Assembly (NCBI GenBank): GCA_963977445.1
Contig: CAXBPH010000159.1
Location: 1 to 15,686 of the forward strand
Direction of reading: 5' to 3'
DNA from: an uncultured bacterium
GTDB taxonomy: Bacteria > Hydrogenedentota > Hydrogenedentia > Hydrogenedentales > JAEUWI01
Length of the DNA: 15,686 nt
This document shows positions 15,411-15,686 of this stretch, piece by piece (position 1 is the first letter of the stretch; every line of letters starts with the position of its first letter). The translations under genes and the position numbers were made by a program. The notes under the pieces are model-generated. The model was not told the DNA's origin. It saw only the letters and a program-made list of their open reading frames with translations, and searched no databases.

Positions 15411-15686
15411 ACCGGTAACTCCAAGTAAGGGCTTTATCATCCTGTCAAAGGATACCAGTATACCTGATTTTGATAGGGTAAATGGACTAAGATAGGGGAG
15501 ATGTCGGCGTAGGCCCCACGTGTTTGCCGAGTTGGGCGGGTACCTGTCGGTCTTGACCGCGCGCCCTCGCAACGCCTTCGAAGGCCGACACACCGGTTTC
15601 CGACCATGTCCGCGAGAAGAAACCTATTCTCACAAGACCAATGACACAACCCCGGAGTTTTCCATGAATTGGCTACCCCTCTTTAT

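Noticed and set aside
15411..15593. N-terminal ORF extensions in the track (also 7629-7646, 8560-8601, 11711-11782)
   Set aside because: Better RBS-supported starts lie downstream, and the extensions overlap repeats, promoters or upstream genes.

Overview
GC-rich bacterial window (PVC/Hydrogenedentota-like in style; this is an inference) with two convergent blocks. The left block (<1-9915) looks like an uncharacterised amino-sugar/aminocyclitol conversion cluster. It has a divergent ceramidase-N-like amidohydrolase fragment, then on + a HutC/NagR-type GntR regulator, an atypical NagA, an atypical NagB-like protein, two class III PLP aminotransferases, two Gfo/Idh/MocA dehydrogenases and a PhyH Fe/2OG dioxygenase. 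A compact bidirectional sigma70 promoter with a dre-like operator precedes it. The NagA and NagB homologues both keep catalytic motifs but have altered phosphate-binding motifs, suggesting a substrate other than GlcNAc-6-P. The right block (- strand) has a translationally coupled operon (glyoxalase II-like MBL hydrolase, 629-aa hypothetical exported protein, pfkA) and a separately promoted Tat-exported Gfo/Idh/MocA protein. Intergenic gaps hold several small repeat types: two GGAG-type REP doublets, a 188-bp element with perfect 16-bp inverted ends, and inverted 9-bp tandem arrays. No rRNA, tRNA, CRISPR or transposase was seen.
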